53,945 nucleotides of DNA from Pseudomonadota bacterium. Lineage in GTDB: Bacteria > Pseudomonadota > Alphaproteobacteria > Caulobacterales > Hyphomonadaceae. Made by a program: the position numbers and the translations under genes. Positions within the stretch are counted from its first letter, which is position 1; each line of letters starts with the position of its first letter. The notes beneath the pieces were generated by a model. That model was not told where the DNA came from. It did no database searches and was given only the letters and a program-made list of their open reading frames with translations. The stretch covers positions 1 through 53,945 of the forward strand of contig JBCCTK010000001.1 in the NCBI GenBank assembly GCA_039198685.1, read 5' to 3'. Shown here piece after piece: positions 27,556-37,236 of this stretch.

Positions 27556-28224
27556 ATGTCAGCAACCATCGAAATCCAGGGCGAGACCGCGCTCATCACC
27601 ATGAATGATGGCAAGGCAAACGCCATCAATCCGCCTATGCTCAGCTCGATCCATGCCGCCCTTGATGAAGCCGAAGCCACCAGCACGGTGAAGGCCATCG
27701 TCTTGACGGGACTGCCGGGCAGGTTTTCCGCCGGGTTTGACCTGAAGTATTTCCAGTCCGAAAGCGCTGAGGCCGTCCGCGACCTGGTCAACGATGGCGG
27801 GAAGCTCGCCCTTCGCCTCTACGGCTTGAAGAAGCCGCTGGTGGCAGCCGTTTCAGGACATGCGATCGCCATGGGGTGTTTCATAACCCAATGCTGCGAC
27901 CATCGGATCGCCACGGCTGGCGATTTCAAGATCGGAGCCAATGAGACAGCCATCAATATGGTGCTCCCCGAGTTTGCTTTGCAGCTCTTGCTCGCCCGTG
28001 TGCGACAAGATCGGCTAACCGAAGCCGCCATTGTAGGACGTCTGTTCAGCCCAGAAGACGCCATAGAGATTGGCTATGTCGATCAGGTGGTCGAAGCGGC
28101 GGCATTGATGGACAGTGCCATGGCCGTGGCCGGACAACTGGCCCAGCTTCCATCAAGCTCATATGCTGGCAATAAGCGCCTCCTGAGACGGGAAACACTC
28201 GCGGCCATCGAAGCAAGCATTTAG
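27556..28224 (+). CDS. Enoyl-CoA hydratase/isomerase (crotonase) family protein
   Basis: MSATIEIQGETALITMNDGKANAI, VLTGLPGRFSAGFDL, AAVSGHAIAMG. GGAGGA RBS before the ATG at 27556. Confidence 0.8.
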   Translation: MSATIEIQGETALITMNDGKANAINPPMLSSIHAALDEAEATSTVKAIVLTGLPGRFSAGFDLKYFQSESAEAVRDLVNDGGKLALRLYGLKKPLVAAVSGHAIAMGCFITQCCDHRIATAGDFKIGANETAINMVLPEFALQLLLARVRQDRLTEAAIVGRLFSPEDAIEIGYVDQVVEAAALMDSAMAVAGQLAQLPSSSYAGNKRLLRRETLAAIEASI

Positions 28225-28262
28225 GAGTACGGGCGAAAACCCTGCGCCCCTCAAACACTTGC

Positions 28263-28292
28263 GCCGTGGGGCTACTCCGCAAGCCCCACGGC
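28263..28292. terminator. 11-bp hairpin straddling the stop codon of the S9A peptidase gene, between convergent genes
   Basis: GCCGTGGGGCT (28263-73) pairs with AGCCCCACGGC (28282-92) across an 8-nt loop. No clear U-tract on either strand. Confidence 0.3.
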
Positions 28293-30482
28293 CCTGAGGG
28301 CGAACGCGTATTCGATGGCGGTTTCCTTCAGGCCTTCGAAGCGGCCAGAGGCGCCGCCATGGCCTGCCTCCATGTTGATCCGCAGGTAGTATGGCCCGGC
28401 CTCGGGGGCCTCGTGGCGCAGCTTGGCGGCCCATTTGGCCGGCTCCCAATAGGTCACGCGCGGATCTGACAGCCCGCCTGTAATCAGCATTTCCGGGTAG
28501 GCCATCTCGCTGACCTGGTCATAGGGGCTGTAGGCCATGATGGTGTCATAGTCCTCGGCCGACGTGATCGGGTTGCCCCATTCGGGCCATTCTGGCGGGG
28601 TGAGCGGCAAGCTCTCGTCGCTCATAGTGTTGATCACATCGACAAAGGGCACCGCGGCGATGATTCCGGCGAATAATTCAGGGTCCATATTGACGGCTGC
28701 GCCCATGAGCAGGCCGCCGGCTGAGCCACCAAGCCCGACAACACCGCCTTCATATCCGTATCCTTCGGACACCAGGTGACGCCCTGCGGAGATATAGTCC
28801 TTGAAGGTATTCTCTTTTTTCTCGAGCTTGCCATCCAGATACCACTGGAAGCCTTTGGCCATGGAGCCGCGGGGATGGACGATGGCGTAGATGAAGCCTC
28901 GATCCACCAGGCTGAGCCGCGATGTGCGGAAGTCGGCTGGATACGTATAGCCGTAGGAGCCATAACCATAGAGCAGCAGCGGTGCAGAGCCATCCACCGG
29001 CGTATCGGTGTGGCGCAGAAGGGTGACAGGCACCGTCTCGCCATCATGGGCCGGTGCCATGATGCGGTCGACCACATAGGTCGAGGCGTCGTGACCGGAT
29101 GGCACTTCGCGCGTCTTACGCAGAGTGCGCTCCCGTGTCGCCAGATCATAATCGTAGACTTGGTCCGGCGTCGAAGGGCTGGCATAGTCGAAACGGATCA
29201 TCGTTGTGTCGAACTCGTAGCCCGTAGACATCCCTAAATCGTAAGCTGCCTCGTCAAAGGCGATATTATGTTCTTCGCCCGTCGCGTTTTCGTGCACCAC
29301 GACGCGCGGCAGGCCATTTTCCCGCTCCAGGCGGATCAGATGGCCAGCGAGGGCATCCATGCCAAGGATCAGCGTTCCGGGTCTGTGGGGGACAAGATCC
29401 GTCCAACCCGATCGTCCGGGCGCAGCAATGGACGCTGTCACGAGTTTGAAATCCACGGCGCCATCGGCGTTGGTGGAGATGACGAACTGATCGTTCCAAT
29501 GGCCAACGCTATATTCAACACCCGTCTCGCGCGGCGCGATCATGCGAGGATCTGGATCGGAGTCATAGGAAGAGAAAAAGCGCCATTCGGACGTGGTGTG
29601 GTCGTTGGCCGTAATGAAGATGAATTGGCCAGACTGGCTCTTGGAAACCCCGACAAAAAAGCCAGGATCGGATTCGCGATAGATCTCACGTGACCCTTCT
29701 TCGCCGAGTGTGTGCGCATGGACCGCCACGGGACGGCTGTTGTCGTCTCGCTCGACCCAGAAAATCGTATTGCTATCACCAGACCATACAAAATCGCCCG
29801 CCGTACGCTCGATCACGTCAGGCAGGTCTTCTCCCGTGCCAGTGTCACGCACGCGAATGTCGTAATACTCGCTGCCCTGGTCATCGAAGCTGTAGGCAAT
29901 ATAGCGGTGGTTTGGGGAATGCCCGACACCGCCGAAGCTGAAATAAGCCTTGTCCTTACCCATCGCATCGCCGTCCAGCAGGATCTTGTCCGGCGCGTCG
30001 GTGTTATAGATGTCGTCTGCCGATTTGCGTGCAATGATGGGATACTCGCCACCTTCACGGTAGCGGGTCAGGTACGCATAGGGGCCATCCACATTTGGAA
30101 GCGAACTGTCGTCTTCCTTGATGCGCCCGCGCATTTCGGCAAACAGCGTCTCGCGTAGGGCCGCTGTGGGCTCTTCCAGATGGGTCTTGGTGTAAGCGTT
30201 CTCTGCCTCAAGATACTCGCGAATGTCGGCGCGCAGGACGCTCGGGTCCGACATCACCTCCTGCCAGTTTTCGTCCTTAAGCCAGTTGTAGGGATCAACC
30301 CGTGTGCGGCCGACCTGTTCTATTGTGACCAGCTCGCGCTTTGCGGCGGGTCCGGGTGGAAGGCTCGGCGTGGTCTCAATGGTGGAAGCAGACGCGCTGG
30401 CGTCCGATGGCGTGTTGATCATTGTGCATCCTGTCAGCAGGGCCGCGGCCATAATGCCGGCGAGCACGGATGGTTTGCGCAT
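28272..30482 (-). CDS. S9A prolyl oligopeptidase / oligopeptidase B family serine peptidase (lipoprotein-type signal)
   Basis: MRKPSVLAGIMAAALLTGC signal, beta-propeller region, catalytic GGSAGGLLMGAAVN and the C-terminal GHGG. The track start 30521 is probably too long. Confidence 0.9.
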   Translation of the reverse strand: MRKPSVLAGIMAAALLTGCTMINTPSDASASASTIETTPSLPPGPAAKRELVTIEQVGRTRVDPYNWLKDENWQEVMSDPSVLRADIREYLEAENAYTKTHLEEPTAALRETLFAEMRGRIKEDDSSLPNVDGPYAYLTRYREGGEYPIIARKSADDIYNTDAPDKILLDGDAMGKDKAYFSFGGVGHSPNHRYIAYSFDDQGSEYYDIRVRDTGTGEDLPDVIERTAGDFVWSGDSNTIFWVERDDNSRPVAVHAHTLGEEGSREIYRESDPGFFVGVSKSQSGQFIFITANDHTTSEWRFFSSYDSDPDPRMIAPRETGVEYSVGHWNDQFVISTNADGAVDFKLVTASIAAPGRSGWTDLVPHRPGTLILGMDALAGHLIRLERENGLPRVVVHENATGEEHNIAFDEAAYDLGMSTGYEFDTTMIRFDYASPSTPDQVYDYDLATRERTLRKTREVPSGHDASTYVVDRIMAPAHDGETVPVTLLRHTDTPVDGSAPLLLYGYGSYGYTYPADFRTSRLSLVDRGFIYAIVHPRGSMAKGFQWYLDGKLEKKENTFKDYISAGRHLVSEGYGYEGGVVGLGGSAGGLLMGAAVNMDPELFAGIIAAVPFVDVINTMSDESLPLTPPEWPEWGNPITSAEDYDTIMAYSPYDQVSEMAYPEMLITGGLSDPRVTYWEPAKWAAKLRHEAPEAGPYYLRINMEAGHGGASGRFEGLKETAIEYAFALRAVGLAE

Positions 30483-30550
30483 GGGTGTCGTCTCCAGAAT
30501 TCTTTGCCCATATCGGGGCACAGACTCCGTCGTCTTGTCCAGTGCGCGCG

Positions 30551-30961
30551 TTAGTCTTTGGGGCGAAACTCCAACACGACTCCGTTAATGCACCAGCGTT
30601 CGCCAGTGGGTGGCGGACCATCTTTGAAGACATGCCCCTGGTGCAGCCCGCATGTGGCGCAGTGGCATTCGGTGCGGGGATAAATCAGTTTAAAGTCTGT
30701 CTTGGTTTTGACGACCCCTTCGGAGACCGGTTGCCAGTAGGAGGGCCAGCCCGTGCCGGAGTCGAATTTGTGTTCCGATGACCAGAGCGCGGTTCCACAT
30801 CCTTTGCAGTGATACAGACCCGTGCGCTTTTCATCATTGTGATTGCCGGGGCTAAAGGCGCGCTCGGTGCCCTCTTTGACGCCGACATAGAATTCTTCTT
30901 CCGTCAGCAGTTCGCGCCACTCGCGGTCATTGCGTTGGATCGTATTGCCTTTTGCAGACAT
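30551..30961 (-). CDS. msrB: Peptide-methionine (R)-S-oxide reductase
   Basis: 136-aa ORF: GLYHCKGCGTALWSSEHKFDSGTGWPS and the catalytic region CATCGLHQGHVFKDGP...RWCIN. Confidence 0.93.
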   Translation of the reverse strand: MSAKGNTIQRNDREWRELLTEEEFYVGVKEGTERAFSPGNHNDEKRTGLYHCKGCGTALWSSEHKFDSGTGWPSYWQPVSEGVVKTKTDFKLIYPRTECHCATCGLHQGHVFKDGPPPTGERWCINGVVLEFRPKD

Positions 30962-31073
30962 TCAGCGGCCTCCTTTGCCCCAGTCAGGTGCAGATGTGGG
31001 GCGAGCCTGAAACCGGACAACCGGCGACGGGACAAGACCTTGTCCGCTGCACGAAGTTCTCGACCGGAAGCCT

Positions 31074-31760
31074 TTATTTCTGGATCAGTGAAATCAGGCC
31101 CGTCATGAACATATAGCGGCAGTCACTCGCGTCGGCTTCAAGATCGTCTGCAATGGGCTCAGCCGCCATGCCGCGTCCTTCAAAACGGGGATCGTCGCAC
31201 TCTCCGTCCATTGCCCAGTCTGATGTGTCTGCGCCGAAGTCTATGGCATCAATTTCCCGGGCGGTTGGCGGCGGGGAGACCTCTGCGCGCCAGTCGGCAT
31301 TGTATGTCAAGGACCCAGATTGCCAAAGCGACAAGCAATCGCTCCGGTCAGCATAGGCATCGTCCAACTGTAATGGTGGTGAGGCCATGCCGTTGCCCGC
31401 AAATCGGGGATCATCACACTCTCCGTCGCGCGCCCAATTTGATACGTCCGAGCCAAACTGGATGCCATCCACGCGAAGGGGCGGTGGCTGGAGATCGGCG
31501 CCTTCATCCAATTGGATAACGCCCTTTTCAAACAGAGCCCTGCAATCGGTGGCGTCGCGAAACCGATCGGATTCCTCGGTTACACTCGCAACGCCCTGGC
31601 CGACAAAACGGGGGTCATCGCACTCGCCATCTTTCGCCCATGCGCCGGAATCATTGCCGAAATTAATCGCGCTGGCGTCTTGGGCGAAGGTGGGCTGAAT
31701 CGCACCTGCAAACAGTATCGCTGCAATCGCGGCGGTCTTGAGCGTCATGATATCCCTCAT
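31074..31760 (-). CDS. Secreted protein made of three ~60-aa Cys-containing repeats (family not recognised)
   Basis: Signal peptide ...AILFAGAIQPTFAQ, then three copies of FG.D.S.WA.DGECDDPRF.G.G(M/V)A...D...(A/R)D(A/R).DC. Confidence 0.6.
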   Translation of the reverse strand: MRDIMTLKTAAIAAILFAGAIQPTFAQDASAINFGNDSGAWAKDGECDDPRFVGQGVASVTEESDRFRDATDCRALFEKGVIQLDEGADLQPPPLRVDGIQFGSDVSNWARDGECDDPRFAGNGMASPPLQLDDAYADRSDCLSLWQSGSLTYNADWRAEVSPPPTAREIDAIDFGADTSDWAMDGECDDPRFEGRGMAAEPIADDLEADASDCRYMFMTGLISLIQK

Positions 31761-31868
31761 TGATTGCGCGGCCCGTTGCCCGAATGGTGCTGGCCGCTCA
31801 CATGACCAATTTGCAAGCTATTGTGGCAGTCCGATGGCGCGGTTGCATCGGCCTGGTGGCGAAATCGG

Positions 31869-32336
31869 CTATCCGTAGAGCACGGTAATGGTTTCGGCTA
31901 CGCAGGCTGGGCGGTCGTGGCCATCAATCTCGATGGTGCACTCAGAAATCATCTGCTTCCCACCAGCCTTAGGGTTCACTTCCTTGCACACCTGACGCAT
32001 GCGCAGTTTGGAGCCGACGGGCACCATGTTGGTGAAGCGCACCTTGTTGGCGCCATAGTTCAAGCCGCGCGTTGTGCCATCGACATGCAGCACTTCAGGA
32101 CTGAGCATCGGCAGGAGCGACAGGGTGAGGTAACCATGGACAATTGGGCTACCGAGTTCCTTGGTGGCGCGCTCCACATCCACATGGATCCACTGGTGGT
32201 CGCCGGTTGCCTCTGCGAACATGTTGACCCGGTCCTGGTCGATGGTGTGCCAGTCGCTGACGCCGACTTCTGTGCCCGCAAGGGATTCAAGATCATTAAA
32301 ATGAACGGTTTTTGGGTCTGCCATGGTATCCTCCAA
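31869..32336 (-). CDS. MaoC-like (R)-specific enoyl-CoA hydratase/dehydratase
   Basis: 155-aa hot-dog fold ORF: FAEATGDHQWIHVDVERA, IVHGYLTLSL. Confidence 0.85.
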   Translation of the reverse strand: MEDTMADPKTVHFNDLESLAGTEVGVSDWHTIDQDRVNMFAEATGDHQWIHVDVERATKELGSPIVHGYLTLSLLPMLSPEVLHVDGTTRGLNYGANKVRFTNMVPVGSKLRMRQVCKEVNPKAGGKQMISECTIEIDGHDRPACVAETITVLYG

Positions 32337-32437
32337 AGATTTTTGCTAGCTCGATTGTTGCGTGTGCGGGGTGATTTGCCAAGGCATTCCCTTGCGTTCG
32401 TAGCATTTTTTAGCCGGTCTGACGGGAGACAAGGACC

Positions 32438-32794
32438 ATGAGTGATCCAACACAAGTATCAGTAGATCCAAACACACAAGGCAATGCCAACCTGATCTAT
32501 ATTCTTTATCTGGTGTCTATCGTCGTCGGCGTGACAGGCCTGGTCGGTGTTATCATGGCCTATATCGGCAAGGATGGTGCGAATCCAACTTTGACCAGCC
32601 ACTACAACAACCAGATCAATATCTTTTGGAAGGGCCTTCTCTATTCGCTGATCGGCATCATCCTCACATTTGTAGTGATCGGCATCTTTGTTCTGCTTGC
32701 TGCGATCATTTGGTATATCGTGCGATGCGTGAAGGGTATGCAGGCACTGTCGCGGGGTGAGCCGATCGCCAATCCAGGCAGCTGGGGCTTTTAA
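32438..32794 (+). CDS. Small membrane protein (DUF4870-like)
   Basis: 118 aa, with hydrophobic helices (NLIYILYLVSIVVGVTGLVGVIMAYI; LLYSLIGIILTFVVIGIFVLLAAIIWYI). The family call is tentative. Confidence 0.55.
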   Translation: MSDPTQVSVDPNTQGNANLIYILYLVSIVVGVTGLVGVIMAYIGKDGANPTLTSHYNNQINIFWKGLLYSLIGIILTFVVIGIFVLLAAIIWYIVRCVKGMQALSRGEPIANPGSWGF

Positions 32795-32828
32795 AGCGCC
32801 TGGACATAAAAATATTGCGAAAGCCGGG

Positions 32829-34376
32829 TCAGACGATCCGGCTTTCTGTATTGCCCCAATAACGGTCGCGTATGAGACGCTTGTAGAGCTTGCCTGTTGC
32901 ATGGCGTGGTAATTCCGGGTCGAAATCGATGCTCTTCGGGCATTTCAGTTTTGAAAGATTGGCCTGGCAAAAAGCCATAAGTTCCTGTGCCAAGGTGTCG
33001 TCGCTGGGCACACCGGGCATGGGTTGCACCACCGCTTTTACGGCCTCACCGAAATCGGAATCCGGCACGCCAATAACGGCGCAGTCGGCGACTTTGGGGT
33101 GGGTAATCAGGATGTTTTCGGTCTCCTGTGGATAGATATTCACCCCACCAGAGATGATCATGAATGCCTTCCGGTCCGTGAGAAACAGGTATCCGTCAGC
33201 GTCGACCTTTCCCACATCGCCAAGACTGGACCAGTCCTTGTTTTTAGGGTTGAGCGCACCGTCGGTTTTCTCCGGCGCATTGTGGTAGGTTGGCGCAGGT
33301 GTTCCACCGAAATAGACTTGGCCCTCGACGCCGGGGGGAACCTCGTTACCCTCATCGTCGCAGATATGCAGATCACCCCAGATCGCTTTGCCGACGCTGC
33401 CCTTTTTTGTAAGCCATTCTGGGCTCTTGATCCACGTCATCCCATTGCCTTCAGAGCCAGCATAGTACTCGTCAATGACCGGTCCCCACCAGTCGATCAT
33501 CTGCGCTTTGACAGGGACAGGGCAGGGCGCTGCGGCGTGGATAGCAAATTCCAGGCTGGTGACGTCATAAGATGTGCGCACGGCATCTGGCAGCTTAAGC
33601 ATGCGCACAAACATGGTCGGCACGACTTGAGTATGGGTGATGGCGTGGTCCTGAACTGCTTGTAGAAAGGCTTCGGGGTCAAATCTTTCCATGATCCAAA
33701 GCGTGGCACCAGACCGCGTAATCGCCATGCACCAGCGAAGGGGGGCGGCATGGTAAAGCGGGGCCGGCGAGAGATATCGGGTGGTCTCGGTGACGCTGGC
33801 CAGCGCCTTTGCAATCTGGCTCAGCACCGTATCATCATCGATCCGAGCGCCATGCACCAGGGGTGGGCGCAAGCCCTTCGGGCGCCCGGTTGTGCCAGAG
33901 CTATAGAGCATGTCCGTGCCGGCCATTTCATCGGCGATGGGCGTGTCCGGATAGGCCGCGCGTAACGTTTCCAAGCGCTCGAAACCGGGCAAATCGCCAT
34001 CGATAGACCAGCGCGTGGCAATGCCGGCGTCATCGGCGCCTTCGATCGCGGCCTGGCCAAGGGGTGCACCAGCCAGAAGAAGCTTGGCGCCGCTGTCTGA
34101 GAGAATGTAAGCGACTTCCGGCCCGGTCAGGCGCGAAGAGATGCAGACAAAATAAAGCCCCGAGCGCTGGGCGGCCCAGCAGATTTCAAAATAACGCGGC
34201 GAATTATCGGCGAATAGCGCTATGGTGTCACCAGCGCTACAGCCCGCTTCTCTCAGCGCGTGAGCGGTTTGGTTGGATCGTGCCTCCAATTGCGCGAAGG
34301 TCACTTCCTCACCGCTGCCCACCATGACATAGGCGGGCTTGTCGGGATGGGTTTTGGCGAAGTGGCTTGGGTGCAT
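32829..34376 (-). CDS. Acyl-CoA synthetase (AMP-forming, ANL superfamily)
   Basis: MLYSSGTTGRPKG (AMP-binding motif), YYAGSEGNG, GDVGKVDADGYLFLTDRK, GGVNIYPQE, ATGKLYKR. GAGGAGGA RBS. Confidence 0.9.
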   Translation of the reverse strand: MHPSHFAKTHPDKPAYVMVGSGEEVTFAQLEARSNQTAHALREAGCSAGDTIALFADNSPRYFEICWAAQRSGLYFVCISSRLTGPEVAYILSDSGAKLLLAGAPLGQAAIEGADDAGIATRWSIDGDLPGFERLETLRAAYPDTPIADEMAGTDMLYSSGTTGRPKGLRPPLVHGARIDDDTVLSQIAKALASVTETTRYLSPAPLYHAAPLRWCMAITRSGATLWIMERFDPEAFLQAVQDHAITHTQVVPTMFVRMLKLPDAVRTSYDVTSLEFAIHAAAPCPVPVKAQMIDWWGPVIDEYYAGSEGNGMTWIKSPEWLTKKGSVGKAIWGDLHICDDEGNEVPPGVEGQVYFGGTPAPTYHNAPEKTDGALNPKNKDWSSLGDVGKVDADGYLFLTDRKAFMIISGGVNIYPQETENILITHPKVADCAVIGVPDSDFGEAVKAVVQPMPGVPSDDTLAQELMAFCQANLSKLKCPKSIDFDPELPRHATGKLYKRLIRDRYWGNTESRIV

Positions 34377-34446
34377 GGTAGGCGTCCTCCTCGGTGCGCA
34401 GCTTTTGCTGTCTTTGGGAAAAGCCTAGCCCCTGGGGCAGATCTGT

Positions 34447-35313
34447 CTACTCTCCCGGAACGAGCGTGCGATAGGCGCGCCAGCTGGCCAGGCCCAGCAC
34501 CGGAAAGACAATGATCAAGCCGAAGAATGCCGTTGCGATGCCCAGGGCCGTCAGGACGGTGATGAGGAAGGCCCATAGCACCATTGGACCGAAATTACGG
34601 GTGACCGCCCTGAAAGAGGTTATGACGGCTACAAAGACATCGTTTTTCCGGTCCAGCAGCATGGGCGCAGTCACCACCACCATAGCGTATGCGAGAAAGG
34701 CGATGATGGCTCCAATCACCGTACCGGAGAGCGCCATGACCTGCCCGTTTGGGTCGGTGAACATGAATGTCAGGAATTCTGCTGGCGAGCGGTGCAACGT
34801 TGTGGTCGACAGCGCATAAACGACCTGCGCAATGCGCGTCCAGAGCAAGTAGATCACGAACAGGCCGAGCCCGAGATAGGCCAGGTCTAATCGGAACGCG
34901 CCTTTGACAAAGACCATTTCGGACAGGGTCGGTGTCTGGCCGTCTTCCAGCATCCGCCCGGCTTCATAGAGGCCCATGGCCGCCATGGGGCCGATAATGA
35001 AAAAGCCCCCGGCAAGGACAAAGACCCAGGCAAATTGGCCGGAAAAAACAAGCCCCCATCCTATGAATGCGCTGACGGCCGCCAGCGCAATCCCGTAGAT
35101 CAAACATGGCAACGGCGCACGTTGGAAATCTGCCCAGCCGCCCTTGAGCCAGTCAATCGGGGCATCGAATCCAATCGTCGCGACGTCTGGTAGCTTGAAG
35201 CCTTTGTCTGACGTGGCTGCATCCTGAGCCGTTTTTGGCGTCGGTGTTTCATGCGCGATCTCGGACACGGCAGACTTTCCCAGTTTGTGCGGGCCTGTCC
35301 CGCTTGCGTGCAA
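34447..35313 (-). CDS. DUF2189-type integral membrane protein
   Basis: PIDWLKGGWADFQRAPLPCLIYGIALAAVSAFIGWGL plus further TM segments. TTG start at 35313, so the true start is uncertain. Confidence 0.6.
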   Translation of the reverse strand: MHASGTGPHKLGKSAVSEIAHETPTPKTAQDAATSDKGFKLPDVATIGFDAPIDWLKGGWADFQRAPLPCLIYGIALAAVSAFIGWGLVFSGQFAWVFVLAGGFFIIGPMAAMGLYEAGRMLEDGQTPTLSEMVFVKGAFRLDLAYLGLGLFVIYLLWTRIAQVVYALSTTTLHRSPAEFLTFMFTDPNGQVMALSGTVIGAIIAFLAYAMVVVTAPMLLDRKNDVFVAVITSFRAVTRNFGPMVLWAFLITVLTALGIATAFFGLIIVFPVLGLASWRAYRTLVPGE

Positions 35314-35406
35314 CCTTCAAAGAAGGACAGCGCGCCGGCAATCCGGGAAACCCCCTATGCGGGCGCCGTGGCGGGGACTAGCGTGTCAGAAAACGGGAGG
35401 ATAAAC

Positions 35407-36237
35407 ATGGCGCTTACGGTCGTCATTACCGGCGCGGCGAGCGGGATTGGCCGCGCCCTCGTAGAGGCTCACCTTGAGCGCGGCGACAGGGTTTTTGCTT
35501 GGGACTGCGATGACGCCGGATTGGATTCGCTGGCGACAGGAGGGGTCATCACGGCACGCGTTGATGTTTCATGCCCAGACCACGTTGAGCAGGCTGCAGA
35601 TAAGGCATGGAAAGAAGCAGATGGAGTCGATTGGGTTTATGCCAATGCCGGCGTGCCTGCGTCTGGATCCCTTCTGAAAGCGACGCCAGAACAGTTTCAT
35701 GCGTGCTTCTCGGTCAACCTTGTCGGCGCATGGGCGACGTTGAGGAGTTTCGCGAAACGGATGGTCGGCGAAAACCGGCCTGGCCGTCTTTGCCTGACAG
35801 GATCAGAGCACTCGCTTGGCTTTCAACATGCCGGCGCGGGGGTTTACACCGCCAGCAAGCATGCGGTGCTGGGGTTGGCCGATGTGTGGCGCCGTGAACT
35901 GCCCGAAACGGTTTCCATCAGTGTCCTGTGTCCAGGCCTGACGGCGACGGCGATAGGCGAAAGCCCGGATGCGAGTGACCGTGCCAATGCCATGGGCCGT
36001 GCCATGATGGCTGAGGGGCTTGATCCAAAGATCGTCGCGCGGTCAACCATAGAGGGTGTGGCGCGGGGCGATTTCCTGATCACTACACATTCGGCGTCCA
36101 GGATCGGGTGGGATGCCCGCAAATCGGACGTGGAAGCGGCTTTCGAATTGGTTCCCGAAGCGGGGCGTGACGTGGACCGCTATGCGGTGCCCGCCGCTAT
36201 TCAGCGGGTGCGGAAACGCTTTGCGGGGTCGGACTAG
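35407..36237 (+). CDS. Short-chain dehydrogenase/reductase (SDR)
   Basis: MALTVVITGAASGIGRAL (TGxxxGxG), NAGV, YTASKHAV (YxxxK). GGGAGG RBS before the ATG at 35407. Confidence 0.85.
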   Translation: MALTVVITGAASGIGRALVEAHLERGDRVFAWDCDDAGLDSLATGGVITARVDVSCPDHVEQAADKAWKEADGVDWVYANAGVPASGSLLKATPEQFHACFSVNLVGAWATLRSFAKRMVGENRPGRLCLTGSEHSLGFQHAGAGVYTASKHAVLGLADVWRRELPETVSISVLCPGLTATAIGESPDASDRANAMGRAMMAEGLDPKIVARSTIEGVARGDFLITTHSASRIGWDARKSDVEAAFELVPEAGRDVDRYAVPAAIQRVRKRFAGSD

Positions 36238-37126
36238 GGCGCCCATTCGCCCACCGCGCTCTGAGGTCTTCGCTGCGTTCATGGTTGCCGTTGGGAGACC
36301 AGCCGGGCGGATTGATCAATCGTCTTGCCCAGGTCAGCGGCCGGAGGCCATCACGCCAGCAATCGGCCAAGAGATCCGCCATTCCATGATAAGCGACGAT
36401 GATGGGATTATGGCTGCTGACCGGTTTCACGATCCCATAGGTACAGGGTTCGGCGCGCGTTTCGGCCTCGAAAGTCCCAAACATCTTGTCCCAGATAATG
36501 AACACCCCGGCATAATTGCGATCCAGATAGCGCGGATTTGTGGCGTGGTGCACGCGGTGGTGGCTGGGCGTGTTCATGACCGCCTCAAACCATCTTGGCA
36601 TCCGATCGATGGCCTCTGTGTGGATCCAGAACTGGTAGACCAGGTTCAGCCCACCAGCGAAGAAAATAAAGGCCGGGTGAAATCCGATCAGCACAATGGG
36701 CCAGCCGAGCACGATCAAACCCGTGAACGGGCCAAACCAGGGCTGGCGTAACGCCGTGGTCAGATTGTAGTGGGTGCTGGAGTGGTGGGTGATGTGTTCA
36801 GCCCAGAACCAGCGCATGCGGTGTGCGAAGCGATGTTTCCAGTAGTAGACAACATCATACAGAATGAAGACCATCAGGAAGCTCCACCAGGTCACCGGCA
36901 TCTCAAACACGCGATAGGGCCAAACCAGCATCATCAACCACAGCGACGCCGTTGCCGTCAGGGTGTTCACCACGACATTGCCCAGTCCCATCGCGAGCGA
37001 TGTGATGGCATCGACGGTTTCATATCGCCCCGCCGCGTGCCCCGTCCTCACCGAAATCCATTCTCCAATCACACTGATCACAAACAAAGGAATGGCCAGT
37101 GTGGTCGGCGCGGGAAATTCGAACAT
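36197..37126 (-). CDS. Fatty acid hydroxylase / sterol desaturase family membrane protein (second paralogue in the window)
   Basis: Histidine boxes HRFAH, HITHHSSTHYN, HHRVHHA. The 3' end overlaps the SDR 3' end by 41 nt. Confidence 0.8.
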   Translation of the reverse strand: MFEFPAPTTLAIPLFVISVIGEWISVRTGHAAGRYETVDAITSLAMGLGNVVVNTLTATASLWLMMLVWPYRVFEMPVTWWSFLMVFILYDVVYYWKHRFAHRMRWFWAEHITHHSSTHYNLTTALRQPWFGPFTGLIVLGWPIVLIGFHPAFIFFAGGLNLVYQFWIHTEAIDRMPRWFEAVMNTPSHHRVHHATNPRYLDRNYAGVFIIWDKMFGTFEAETRAEPCTYGIVKPVSSHNPIIVAYHGMADLLADCWRDGLRPLTWARRLINPPGWSPNGNHERSEDLRARWANGRPSPTPQSVSAPAE

Positions 37127-37236
37127 GGACTGCTAATAGCGGGACCGCCATGATCTGTCATGGCCTTGCTTGACGCACCTAGCGTCAGTGCCAGTGAATG
37201 GCATTTGAGAACACAGACCGCAAGGAGGACAAACCC

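Noticed and set aside
31795-31845. A CCAATTTGCA run at ~31808-31817 resembling part of the repeat module.
   Set aside because: Only about 10-12 nt match. The flanking GGGCCCTTTCC and CGTTTGGCGGGG parts are missing, so this could be chance or an unrecognisably decayed copy.
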